Shown piece by piece: positions 35,660-44,840 of a DNA stretch of 62,225 bases (position 1 is its first letter; each line of letters starts with the position of its first letter). The position numbers were made by a program, and so were the translations under genes. Location: assembly GCA_046881895.1 (NCBI GenBank), contig JBKSMR010000012.1, positions 1 through 62,225 on the forward strand, written 5' to 3'. The notes under the pieces are model-generated. The model was not told the DNA's origin, searched no databases, and was given only the letters and a program-made list of their open reading frames with translations. Origin of the DNA: Alphaproteobacteria bacterium. Lineage in GTDB: Bacteria; Pseudomonadota; Alphaproteobacteria; Rs-D84.

Positions 35660-38600
35660 ATGTTAAAGTTTTTCGTTCGCAGACCAATTACAACATTAAT
35701 GTTCGTTTTAGTATGGGTTGTTTTGGGACTGGTATCTTTTCCAAATATGAATATTGAGCGTACACCAGCATTGGATTTCCCAATGGTGACTGCAACATTT
35801 ATTTATCCAGGTGCCGCACCCCAAGAATTGGAATCGCAGGTTGTTAAACGTGCAGAAGATGCAATTTCCGAAGTATCTGAATTAAAGCGTACAATATCGT
35901 ATGTTTATGAAAACAGTGCGATGGTAATGGCGGAATTTAACTTGGGTGTAAATGTTTTTGACAAGGCGAACGAAGTTAAAACAAAAATAGACGCACTGAT
36001 TGCAGAATTCCCATCCGATATGGAACAGCCAATTATCGAAAAGTTAAATCCATTACAACAGTCAGTTATAGATATCGTTTTACAAGGTTCTGATAAGCGC
36101 GCATTGGAAGAATATGTTGATGATATATTGTCAAATAAGATAACTGCAATCCCAGGTGTTGCAAGCGTATCTGTTTTTGGTGGGCTGCAACGTGCTGTTC
36201 GTATTGCGATGAATCCAGATACAATGGCGGCAAATGGTGTAACTGTTATGGATGTCGTGTCTGCACTGGGGTCTTATAATTTGAATGTTCCAGGCGGAAA
36301 AATAGAAACCAGTCGTAATTCTTCGAATGTTCGTTTTGTTGGTGAATTTGCATCTATCGATGAAATAAAAAATCTGCAATTGACCACTGTTGAAGGTAAC
36401 AAATTTAAACTGTCTGATATCGCAACAATTACAGATGCCGCACGTGATGTTGAAACGGGTGCACGATATAATGGTGAGTCTGTTGTTGTTGCTTCTGTTG
36501 TAAAATCTTCGGACGGTAATGCGATAAATATATCACAAGCATTGCGTGAAAAAATGCCAGAACTGGAAGCGGATGTAAAATCCAGATTTCCGGATACAAC
36601 GATGTTGATTGCGTCTGACTCTTCAACTGCAATATCTGATGAAACAGACAGTACAATCAACGGTATTATATTGGGTGTTTTATTGACTGTACTGGTATTG
36701 TTGGCATTTACACGTAACTGGCGTTCAACAGTTATTGCGGGTGTTGTTATTCCTGCATCACTGATTGCTGGATTCTTCTTTATGGATAAAAGTAATTTTA
36801 CAATTAACGCACTGACATTGTTGGCGTATTCTTCGGCCCTTGGTACGTTGGTGTCAAATGCGATTATTTTGATAGAAGCGGCATTGCAAGAAATGCACGC
36901 TGGTAAAAAGCCAGAAGATGCTGCAATTGACGGTACCAAGAAAGTTGCTGTGTCTGTATTGGCAGGCGTTGGAACAAATGTTGTAGTGTTCTTGCCACTG
37001 GCGTTTATGGCAGGTATTATTGGTCAGTTTATGATCCAGTTTGGTATGACTGTTGTATACTTGACGTTGTTATCGTTGATGTTCTCGTTCACATTGACAC
37101 CAATGATGATTGCTGTATTCTTGCGTTTGACAGGCGATAAAAAGAAAGAGAAAAAGCAAATAGTCAAGGCAGAACGTGCAACATTGGAACACAGTTGGTT
37201 ATATCGCTGGTTTGGTTTTCAATTTGCACATCCATGGCGTGTTGTTGGTATGGCCGTTGCGATATTTATTGGCTCAAGCATGCTGATGAAATTTGTTGGT
37301 AACGAATTTTCTCCATCAATTGATGCAAATGAAATAGTTATTACTGCACGTGCACCAATGGGGTCTGTATATGAAAAATCAGAATCTATTGCAATGCAGA
37401 TTGAAGATAAATTAAAACAGTTCCCAGAAGTGTCTGCGACAACTGTAAAAATTGGTGAACGTGGTATGCAGAATATCACGGTCATTGTTGAATTGGTTGA
37501 TGCATCAGAACGTGATATGTCTGATAAAAAATTAGTTCAACATATGTTGCCTGCGTTGTCTGAAATACCAGATGTAGAAATTCAAATGCGTGCAGGCGAA
37601 GCCCGTTCTAACAGCGTTAGTGCAGACTTGGTATTAAATGTGTACGGCGAAAACGATGCCTTGCGTGAAAGTTATGCAAATCAAATTATTGCTATTGCAA
37701 ATAATATATCCGAAGTACAATCTGCTGTTCGTGCACAACAGTTGCCAGCAATGGAAACGCAATTTGTGCCAGACCAAGAAAAGATGAACTTCTGGGGTGT
37801 GCAAAATGCGTATGCTGGTACAACTTTGCGTACAGCCCTGTATGGAAATGACACATATAAATACAAAGAAAAAGGCGAAGAATATCCAATTATATTGGAA
37901 TTTGCAAAACCATTTAAAAACGCGGCTTTGTTTGACAATGTATATGTAAATTCATACAAAGGTATGGTCCCATTGTCTGAATTAGGTACAATTAAAACAG
38001 TGCCTGCAACACCGGATATTCGCCGTCAAAATAAAAACAGATTAACCGAAGTTGATATAAATATCGGTAAATCTACGATGGGGCCGGTTCAAGCGAAAAT
38101 AGAATCAGAATTAGCAAAAATAGACTGGGAACCAGGTTACTATTATGAATTTGGTGGTATGTCTGAATATCAGGTCGAAGCAGCCAATGAAATTGGCAAA
38201 GCTTTCTTGTTGGCAACAATTTTGACATATATGTTACTGGCTGCGATTTTGAATTCTTTGGCACATCCATTTACAATTGCAACATCTATTTTAACCAGTT
38301 TTTCAGGTGTGTTTGTAATGATGTTCTTGACGGGTGCTACGACAAATATTGGTGCGATGTTGGCGTTCGTTATGTTGGTTGGTTTGGTGGTAAATAATAA
38401 TATTTTGGTCTTAGAACCAACAATCAACCGTGTAAACAAGGGTGAAAAACCATTTGAAGCACTGTGGTCAGAATTAAAAGATAAAAAGAATATGGTTCTG
38501 ATGACATCCATTGCTGTTGTTGCAGGTATGGTACCACAGTTATGGTCTGTGGACGGTATGAAGGTCGCAATGGGTGCTGTTATGATTGGTGGTATGTTGG

Positions 38601-38689
38601 CCAGTTTGTTGTTCACATTTACACTAACACCTGCATTGTTCGTCTTGATAGAACGTGCCCGCAGATGGAAACCAAAATTCCGTAAGTAA
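35660..38689 (+). CDS. RND-family efflux transporter (AcrB-like)
   Basis: 1009 aa with 12-TM and two-large-loop architecture. The N-terminus MLKFFVRRPITTLMFVL is typical of AcrB/HAE1 pumps. Confidence 0.9.
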   Translation: MLKFFVRRPITTLMFVLVWVVLGLVSFPNMNIERTPALDFPMVTATFIYPGAAPQELESQVVKRAEDAISEVSELKRTISYVYENSAMVMAEFNLGVNVFDKANEVKTKIDALIAEFPSDMEQPIIEKLNPLQQSVIDIVLQGSDKRALEEYVDDILSNKITAIPGVASVSVFGGLQRAVRIAMNPDTMAANGVTVMDVVSALGSYNLNVPGGKIETSRNSSNVRFVGEFASIDEIKNLQLTTVEGNKFKLSDIATITDAARDVETGARYNGESVVVASVVKSSDGNAINISQALREKMPELEADVKSRFPDTTMLIASDSSTAISDETDSTINGIILGVLLTVLVLLAFTRNWRSTVIAGVVIPASLIAGFFFMDKSNFTINALTLLAYSSALGTLVSNAIILIEAALQEMHAGKKPEDAAIDGTKKVAVSVLAGVGTNVVVFLPLAFMAGIIGQFMIQFGMTVVYLTLLSLMFSFTLTPMMIAVFLRLTGDKKKEKKQIVKAERATLEHSWLYRWFGFQFAHPWRVVGMAVAIFIGSSMLMKFVGNEFSPSIDANEIVITARAPMGSVYEKSESIAMQIEDKLKQFPEVSATTVKIGERGMQNITVIVELVDASERDMSDKKLVQHMLPALSEIPDVEIQMRAGEARSNSVSADLVLNVYGENDALRESYANQIIAIANNISEVQSAVRAQQLPAMETQFVPDQEKMNFWGVQNAYAGTTLRTALYGNDTYKYKEKGEEYPIILEFAKPFKNAALFDNVYVNSYKGMVPLSELGTIKTVPATPDIRRQNKNRLTEVDINIGKSTMGPVQAKIESELAKIDWEPGYYYEFGGMSEYQVEAANEIGKAFLLATILTYMLLAAILNSLAHPFTIATSILTSFSGVFVMMFLTGATTNIGAMLAFVMLVGLVVNNNILVLEPTINRVNKGEKPFEALWSELKDKKNMVLMTSIAVVAGMVPQLWSVDGMKVAMGAVMIGGMLASLLFTFTLTPALFVLIERARRWKPKFRK

Positions 38690-38696
38690 TATGAAA

Positions 38697-38723
38697 GTCT
38701 CCTTGTAATACAGGAGATTTTTT
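38697..38723 (+). terminator. Rho-independent terminator after the RND gene
   Basis: tctcc-ttgtaataca-ggaga followed by a T6 run. Confidence 0.65.
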
Positions 38724-38748
38724 GTATAATTTTGGTATAGGTAATAAA

Positions 38749-39681
38749 ATGGAAACAGATAAAAGTATTTTAAATAAAACACCAGAACAAATATTTGATG
38801 AACTGACTGCGAATATGGACATGCGGTCAAGGTATGAATATATCAAATATAAGCACGATAATATTTTCGCGGGCAGCAGTTCTGTGTGGAAAATTATTCG
38901 CTTTGCTTATGCTGTTTTTGGTATGTATTCAACAGACGGACCACGCACAGTATACGCAAAACAAATACACGATGTATGTAATGATTTGTATCTTCCGGGT
39001 GCTGTGATTCCAAAATATCTGCATGGTGTGATAGATAAACAGACAAAAAAATATAAACATCCATACGACAGACTGTTTATTGTAAAACCAATGCGCGGTA
39101 TGTCGCAACAGTATATGGCACAGTACAGAAAAGTTGCGGACATATTCCGATGGTTTGAACGAATTGTATCAATTTCATCAGAAAAAACGTTGTTACTTGA
39201 TGTGTCGGAATTGTATAACGAATTGCAACAGCTTGTATCTATGACACGTGTGTGCATGGTGTCAAAGGGTGCACGTGATATTATGAAAACAGGCTCTGTT
39301 CAAATGTTGCAGGAATATAATTTGTACGCATCTACTGGTACTGTTTCTAATACGGCAACTGTCAGACGAAATATTACAGAAAAAGCAAAAACAAATCATA
39401 ATAAGACACATAATTTATTGCGTCATTTGCACGAACAAGAATTGAGTGGAATGCATAAAAGACACGAGGAAGAACAAAAAAATACAAAAGATTTTGCAGA
39501 ATTTCAAAGTCTGTTGCGTCGTCAAGAGCAAGAACGTTTTGAATTGTTGCGTGTCCAGCGTGAAAAGATAAAGGCTTTCAAAGAAAGTCAGGCACTGCAA
39601 CAGAAAAAAATAGATGAAGAAAGGCGGCTTGAAAAAGTAAAGGCACAAATGAAGATGTCTCGCATTTCGCGTATGCGTTAA
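38749..39681 (+). CDS. hypothetical protein with K/E/R-rich coiled-coil C-terminus (310 aa)
   Basis: ORF with tgtataat upstream. No family recognised. Confidence 0.5.
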   Translation: METDKSILNKTPEQIFDELTANMDMRSRYEYIKYKHDNIFAGSSSVWKIIRFAYAVFGMYSTDGPRTVYAKQIHDVCNDLYLPGAVIPKYLHGVIDKQTKKYKHPYDRLFIVKPMRGMSQQYMAQYRKVADIFRWFERIVSISSEKTLLLDVSELYNELQQLVSMTRVCMVSKGARDIMKTGSVQMLQEYNLYASTGTVSNTATVRRNITEKAKTNHNKTHNLLRHLHEQELSGMHKRHEEEQKNTKDFAEFQSLLRRQEQERFELLRVQREKIKAFKESQALQQKKIDEERRLEKVKAQMKMSRISRMR

Positions 39682-39707
39682 AAAATCCCCATTTCGGGGA
39701 TTTTTTT
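39680..39707. terminator. bidirectional hairpin terminator
   Basis: aaaaaatcccc-atttc-ggggattttttt. Confidence 0.75.
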
Positions 39708-40584
39708 AATCTTCACCAAAATCCATGTCTCGTAACTTTTCTGCCCTGGGGGTGATTTTTGATACAGATGTTTGTAATTGTTCAATGTCATTTTCAATCT
39801 GTCCGAAATGACGTGCTACATTGCCGGCCCTGTCAGATAATCGGCCCAAGTCAGTCAGCAATAAATCCAGTTCTTTTTTGATTTTTGCGGCAACGCGTTT
39901 AATTTTTATGTCTGATAATACAGCACGAATTGTGTTCAATGTTGCCCACAGTGTTGATGGCGATACTATAAAGACTTTCTTGCGTGCACCGTATTCAACA
40001 GTATTTGAAAAATCGCGATGCAGTGTTTCAAATATAGATTCAGATGCAATGAACATCATTGCAGATTCTGCTGTTTTACCTGCGATAATATATTTTTCGC
40101 TGATTGCGTCAATGTGTTTGCGTACGTCCAGTTCAAATTGTTTGCGTGCCATGCCATCATTTGCATCTTCCATCATACGATTATAGCTTTCCAGTGGAAA
40201 TTTGCTGTCGATAATCATGTCACCTGGCGGATATGGTAATTTGATGACACAGTCTGGTCTGACGCCTGTTTCCAAGACAGATTGAAAAGCATATGTTTCA
40301 GGCGGCATTATATCGCGAACCAAATCTTCCAGTTGGCGTTCGCCAAATGTTCCGCGTGCCTGTTTGTTGCCCATCAGTATATTTTTAAAGTTTGCGATGT
40401 CGCCACTAATATTTTTCAGTTCAATTGCGTTTTGTGACAGTGCACCCAATCGTTCTGCCAATTTTTCACGCAGTCTGATATTGTCTTCACGCAGGGCGGA
40501 TATATCAACCGTTGGTTTGCGTACCAGCAGCGCAATCAGCAAAACAATAATAATTCCCAGTAAAACTAAAATATAAGTTGTCAT
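39706..40584 (-). CDS. rmuC: DNA recombination protein RmuC
   Basis: N-terminal TM segment, coiled coil, and conserved RmuC core (RPDCVIKLP...IIDSKFPLESY...MMFIASESIF). Start set at MTTYILV. Confidence 0.85.
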   Translation of the reverse strand: MTTYILVLLGIIIVLLIALLVRKPTVDISALREDNIRLREKLAERLGALSQNAIELKNISGDIANFKNILMGNKQARGTFGERQLEDLVRDIMPPETYAFQSVLETGVRPDCVIKLPYPPGDMIIDSKFPLESYNRMMEDANDGMARKQFELDVRKHIDAISEKYIIAGKTAESAMMFIASESIFETLHRDFSNTVEYGARKKVFIVSPSTLWATLNTIRAVLSDIKIKRVAAKIKKELDLLLTDLGRLSDRAGNVARHFGQIENDIEQLQTSVSKITPRAEKLRDMDFGED

Positions 40585-40625
40585 TTGATAATCCTTTGCT
40601 ATGATAATTATAAGAGGTTTTATAA

Positions 40626-41126
40626 ATGTTGCAAATGAAACTTTGTGGTGATTTGGTTTTGCGTACTGTTTGTACGCCTGTGGCCGATATAACGCCTGAA
40701 TTATCCGATACAATGGATGAAATGGTAAAAATGATGCGTATGCAGAATGGTGTTGGACTTGCCGCACCCCAGGTTGGAATCTTGTCACGTTTCTTGGTTA
40801 TGATGGACCCAGATACCGAAGTTGTATATCGTATGATAAATCCAAGCATTGTGTCATACAGCGATGATACTTGCACAATGGAAGAAGGGTGCTTGTCTGT
40901 GTTGGGTAATGACGGTTTGCCGATTTATGCAAATGTTACGCGTCCACGTTCTGTTGTCGTTGAATGGACGGATGAGCAAGGTAATGCAAAAATGGCAGAA
41001 ATGTCCGGTGTTCCTGCCCGTATTGTTCAGCATGAAACAGACCACTTGGACGGTAAATTATTCGTTGACCATTTGCCATCTGTTCGTCGTGAAATGGTTA
41101 TGAGAAAAGTTAAAAAGCGTAAGTAA
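40626..41126 (+). CDS. def: peptide deformylase
   Basis: GVGLAAPQVG, EGCLS and HETDHLDG motifs. Confidence 0.93.
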   Translation: MLQMKLCGDLVLRTVCTPVADITPELSDTMDEMVKMMRMQNGVGLAAPQVGILSRFLVMMDPDTEVVYRMINPSIVSYSDDTCTMEEGCLSVLGNDGLPIYANVTRPRSVVVEWTDEQGNAKMAEMSGVPARIVQHETDHLDGKLFVDHLPSVRREMVMRKVKKRK

Positions 41127-41127
41127 T

Positions 41128-41934
41128 ATGAAGTTAGTTTTAATGGGAACAAATGAATTTGTTGTTCCTATCTTTGAAGCAATCAGAAAGTCAGGTCATG
41201 AAATTATGGCGGTGTTTACGCGTGCCCCAAAACCTGTTGGTCGCAAACAGATTTTAACACCATCGCCTGTGCATAATTGGGCGGTTGAAAATAATCTGAT
41301 ATTGCACACAAATATAAATGAATATAATTATACGCCAGATATGGTTGTTGTAATTTCATACGGTGTAATTTTGCGTGATAATGTTTTAAATTCAGCACCT
41401 GTTGTAAATATTCACCCAAGTTTGTTGCCATTGTATCGTGGACCATCACCGATACGCAGTGCAATCTATAACGGTGACAAGAAATCGGGTGTTTGTCTGA
41501 TGCAGGTAACACCAGAGATGGATGCTGGCGATATATATGAATGTTGTGAGTTTGATATAGGTATAGATGACACAAATGATACAGTTGAACAACATGTATC
41601 ATCCATTGCCTCTGATATGTTGATTAGATTCTTGGACAATCCAGATGCGTATGTTGCGACACCACAAAATGGCGTGCCTACATTTACAAAAAAATGGACA
41701 GGTGCCGATGAAGTTATTGACTGGTCGCGCGGAAATGCAGCTGTTCATAATCAAATTCGTGCATTGGGTTCCGGCCGCACAAAGATAAATGGTATAGATG
41801 TCAAAATTTTATCTACAAAACTTGACGATGACAAACTTGATATATTACAGTTGCAGCCAGCTGGTAAAAAGCCAATGGATTGGCGTAGTTTTGTAAACGG
41901 CCTACGTGGTGCAGAAATTAAAATAGGGGAATAG
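41128..41934 (+). CDS. fmt: methionyl-tRNA formyltransferase (short form, 268 aa)
   Basis: The def-fmt context, plus NIHPSLLPLYRGPSPI and the formyltransferase core. Confidence 0.88.
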   Translation: MKLVLMGTNEFVVPIFEAIRKSGHEIMAVFTRAPKPVGRKQILTPSPVHNWAVENNLILHTNINEYNYTPDMVVVISYGVILRDNVLNSAPVVNIHPSLLPLYRGPSPIRSAIYNGDKKSGVCLMQVTPEMDAGDIYECCEFDIGIDDTNDTVEQHVSSIASDMLIRFLDNPDAYVATPQNGVPTFTKKWTGADEVIDWSRGNAAVHNQIRALGSGRTKINGIDVKILSTKLDDDKLDILQLQPAGKKPMDWRSFVNGLRGAEIKIGE

Positions 41935-41938
41935 AGTA

Positions 41939-42115
41939 ATGGCTTGTATTAGTGGGATTTCTAGCGATTGTGAAATCACAGAAAAATGTAAAGATTGTGA
42001 AAAATATAACAGTGGCGGTTGTTATTATGGCCTAAAGTTATTAGTTCATATATTTGGACCACTGATTGTGCCAGAGAATGGTTGGTGTAATCGCTTTAAT
42101 CAGAAAACACGATAA
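41939..42115 (+). CDS. small Cys-rich ORF (58 aa), unannotated in the track
   Basis: MACISGISSDCEITEKCKDCEKYNSGGCYYGLKLLVHIFGPLIVPENGWCNRFNQKTR. SD gggga upstream. Its stop overlaps the truA start (TAATG). Confidence 0.35.
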   Translation: MACISGISSDCEITEKCKDCEKYNSGGCYYGLKLLVHIFGPLIVPENGWCNRFNQKTR

Positions 42116-42846
42116 TGACACGATATAAAGTAATCTTAGAATACGATGGCACAGATTTAATTGGGTGGCAGGAAAACCGCCAAGGACCATCTGTGCAGTC
42201 TATTATCAAAGATGCGATTTACGCTTTTTGTAAACAGCGTCCAGATGTTGTTGGTGCAGGGCGTACTGATGCTGGCGTGCATGCTGTTGCAATGACCGCT
42301 CATTTTGATATTGACGGTGAATTTGATGCGAATACTGTTATGCGTGCATTAAACTTTTATCTAAATAATAAACCTGTATCTGTTTTAGATTGTGAAATAG
42401 TATCCGATGATTTTAATGCACGTTTCGATTGTATTGCACGTCATTATAAGTATGTTGTATTAAATCGCAGTGCATCACCAGTATTGAACAAAAATCGTGT
42501 TTATTGGGTGCCAAGAAAACTGGACGTTAATGCAATGCGTGCTGCGGCACAAAAGTTATTGGGTAATCATGATTTTACCAGTTTTCGTGCGTCTGAATGT
42601 CAGGCAAAGTCTCCGATAAAGACACTTGATAAAATTGAAATTACACAGAATGGTGATGAAATTATTTTTGAATTTTCTGCACGTTCTTTCTTGCATCATA
42701 TGGTTCGTAATATTGTTGGTACTTTGGTTGAAATAGGTCTGGGAAAATCATACGATATCGACGAAATTTTCGCTGCTAAAAATCGTAGTGCTGCGGGTCC
42801 AACTGCACCTGCGGACGGGTTGTATTTTATTCGTGCTGATTACTGA
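42115..42846 (+). CDS. truA: tRNA pseudouridine(38-40) synthase TruA
   Basis: YDGTDLIGWQ...GAGRTDAGVHA catalytic motif. Confidence 0.92.
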   Translation: MTRYKVILEYDGTDLIGWQENRQGPSVQSIIKDAIYAFCKQRPDVVGAGRTDAGVHAVAMTAHFDIDGEFDANTVMRALNFYLNNKPVSVLDCEIVSDDFNARFDCIARHYKYVVLNRSASPVLNKNRVYWVPRKLDVNAMRAAAQKLLGNHDFTSFRASECQAKSPIKTLDKIEITQNGDEIIFEFSARSFLHHMVRNIVGTLVEIGLGKSYDIDEIFAAKNRSAAGPTAPADGLYFIRADY

Positions 42847-44798
42847 TGCCATGGGCGTTTTGATGGTGTGTATTTTACAGTTTTGTTCGGATATATAACA
42901 AAACCACCACGCAGAATTTTATTTCCACATTGTTGTGATTTTATATCAAAGTGCGATACAATATAATCTACAGATTTATCTTGGCATAATTTTTCAATAT
43001 TTTTCATCAGTGGTACAAACTTTTGAATATATGCAATTCCGTTATGACGATAGACACCATTGTCGTGCTTTAATCTGATGTTTTTAGTTTGTAGTTCTTC
43101 GTTGTTTATCTGCTTCCAGGTATCAAATGTAAAATAGTGATTTGATGCACGTGATTTATTAAACTTTAATTTTCCATCTGTATCTAAAAATCCAACTAAT
43201 TCATTGTCGTATGTTGTATAGAATATCGGTTTTGGTGTCATATAAATACTAAGTATTCCAAATCCCATAAATGTAATAAACAGAATATAGTTTACTTTGA
43301 TTTTTATCGGCTTTATCAAGATTAAACATATGAATCCGACGATAAATATCATTGCAGATAAATTTGAAATGTGTGGCACTGTGATGTTTGCGTGTGGCAG
43401 TTTAGAAATCCAATCTGCAATTTGGTATGCGTGTTCATAAATAATATGTGCAATATCGTTTGGTATATTAAAACCAAAAATTGCGGTCAGCGTACCAACT
43501 AAAATCAGTGGCATAATTGCAAAAGAAAATATAGGCAAGAAAATCAAATTGCCAATCAGACTGTATAATGGAATTTTTCCAAAATGCATCGCAACAAAGG
43601 GTGCTGTAAATATTGTTGCAACCAGTGATGTTAAAACAGATATGTATAAAACTTTTAATAATTTATTTTTCGGCATCTTAAGCTTTATGTCGGTGTACAA
43701 CCAAACAAGCCCAAAAACAGCAGCAAAAGATAATTGAAAACCTGCCTGCATTACATAATGTGGATTTATCAAGAATATCATACAAAACGCCAATGCTATA
43801 TTACGCATTGAAATTGCATTACGTCCGAATATGAATGCCAAGAATATTAAGCTGGTCATCAAAAATGCACGTATGGTTGCAACGTCTGTACCAGATAAAA
43901 ATAAATAAAACAATAACCCAATCCAAGAGCAAATAATCGCTGGCACCTTGGCAGGAACACGTCGTGTAATATACGGAATGCTTCTGAATATTAAATAAAA
44001 TAATGCAAATATCCAACCGCCAACCAGTGTCATATGAAAACCACTGATTGACCATATGTGTCCAACACCTGTGGCAGCCCAGATGTCTTTCTTGTCTTGT
44101 GATATTGCAGATTTGTATCCCAGTATCAGCGTGTCTGATAGAAATGAATTAGATTTTGTATGCAGGTGCTGTCGTATTTTGTTTATGCTTGTCTGGTTGC
44201 TGTGTTCCAAAATAGTAATTTCATCTGCGTATCCAGTCGCAGTTAAATTGTTAAAATATGACCAGCGTGCATAGTCAAATGTTTCTGGTGCAGATGCAGG
44301 TTTTGTCTTATACAGTCCGCCATTAAATTGTATTGTGTCGCCAATATTTGGTGTTGGTGTGTCTGATGATATCGACACCTTGATTTTTGCGAGTCCATTG
44401 CCCGCACCAATATCTGTTGCGTTTACAGATAGTGTAAGTTTATTTTTATCATCTGTATAATCTATGTTTTCAATAACACCAGAAATATGCAAGTTGTGTA
44501 AGTTACGTTTTATTTGCGGTGTGTTGATAATATTTGTAAAAGTGGCAGCGTAATAAAAACCGAAAAGTACCAGTAATATTCCGCGTATGCTGTTTGGAAG
44601 CTTTTTTATAAAAATACATATAAATAATATTAGTGTAATAATCGGTGTGAATAATAAATTTGGTTCATGTGTCATTGAAAAGTATGCAGCTGCACCAAAC
44701 GCCATCAGAAATGGTGCGTACAAGAACATGTTTTGCCACTGATTTTCAATCCAAGCCTTCATATTATCAGTATAGGAATTTATTTGATTGCACTGCAA
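42840..44798 (-). CDS. comEC: ComEC/Rec2-family DNA internalisation channel protein
   Basis: Polytopic competence domain with an N-terminal OB-like region. 652 aa, apparently without a full C-terminal metallo-beta-lactamase domain. Confidence 0.8.
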   Translation of the reverse strand: MQCNQINSYTDNMKAWIENQWQNMFLYAPFLMAFGAAAYFSMTHEPNLLFTPIITLILFICIFIKKLPNSIRGILLVLFGFYYAATFTNIINTPQIKRNLHNLHISGVIENIDYTDDKNKLTLSVNATDIGAGNGLAKIKVSISSDTPTPNIGDTIQFNGGLYKTKPASAPETFDYARWSYFNNLTATGYADEITILEHSNQTSINKIRQHLHTKSNSFLSDTLILGYKSAISQDKKDIWAATGVGHIWSISGFHMTLVGGWIFALFYLIFRSIPYITRRVPAKVPAIICSWIGLLFYLFLSGTDVATIRAFLMTSLIFLAFIFGRNAISMRNIALAFCMIFLINPHYVMQAGFQLSFAAVFGLVWLYTDIKLKMPKNKLLKVLYISVLTSLVATIFTAPFVAMHFGKIPLYSLIGNLIFLPIFSFAIMPLILVGTLTAIFGFNIPNDIAHIIYEHAYQIADWISKLPHANITVPHISNLSAMIFIVGFICLILIKPIKIKVNYILFITFMGFGILSIYMTPKPIFYTTYDNELVGFLDTDGKLKFNKSRASNHYFTFDTWKQINNEELQTKNIRLKHDNGVYRHNGIAYIQKFVPLMKNIEKLCQDKSVDYIVSHFDIKSQQCGNKILRGGFVIYPNKTVKYTPSKRPWHQ

Positions 44799-44840
44799 TT
44801 AAAAATTTTTTATGATGAATTTACATAAGGGGGTATTCTT

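Noticed and set aside
42840-42846. truA/comEC 7-nt convergent overlap as a regulatory feature
   Set aside because: Short convergent overlaps are common in compact genomes, and no extra structure is visible.
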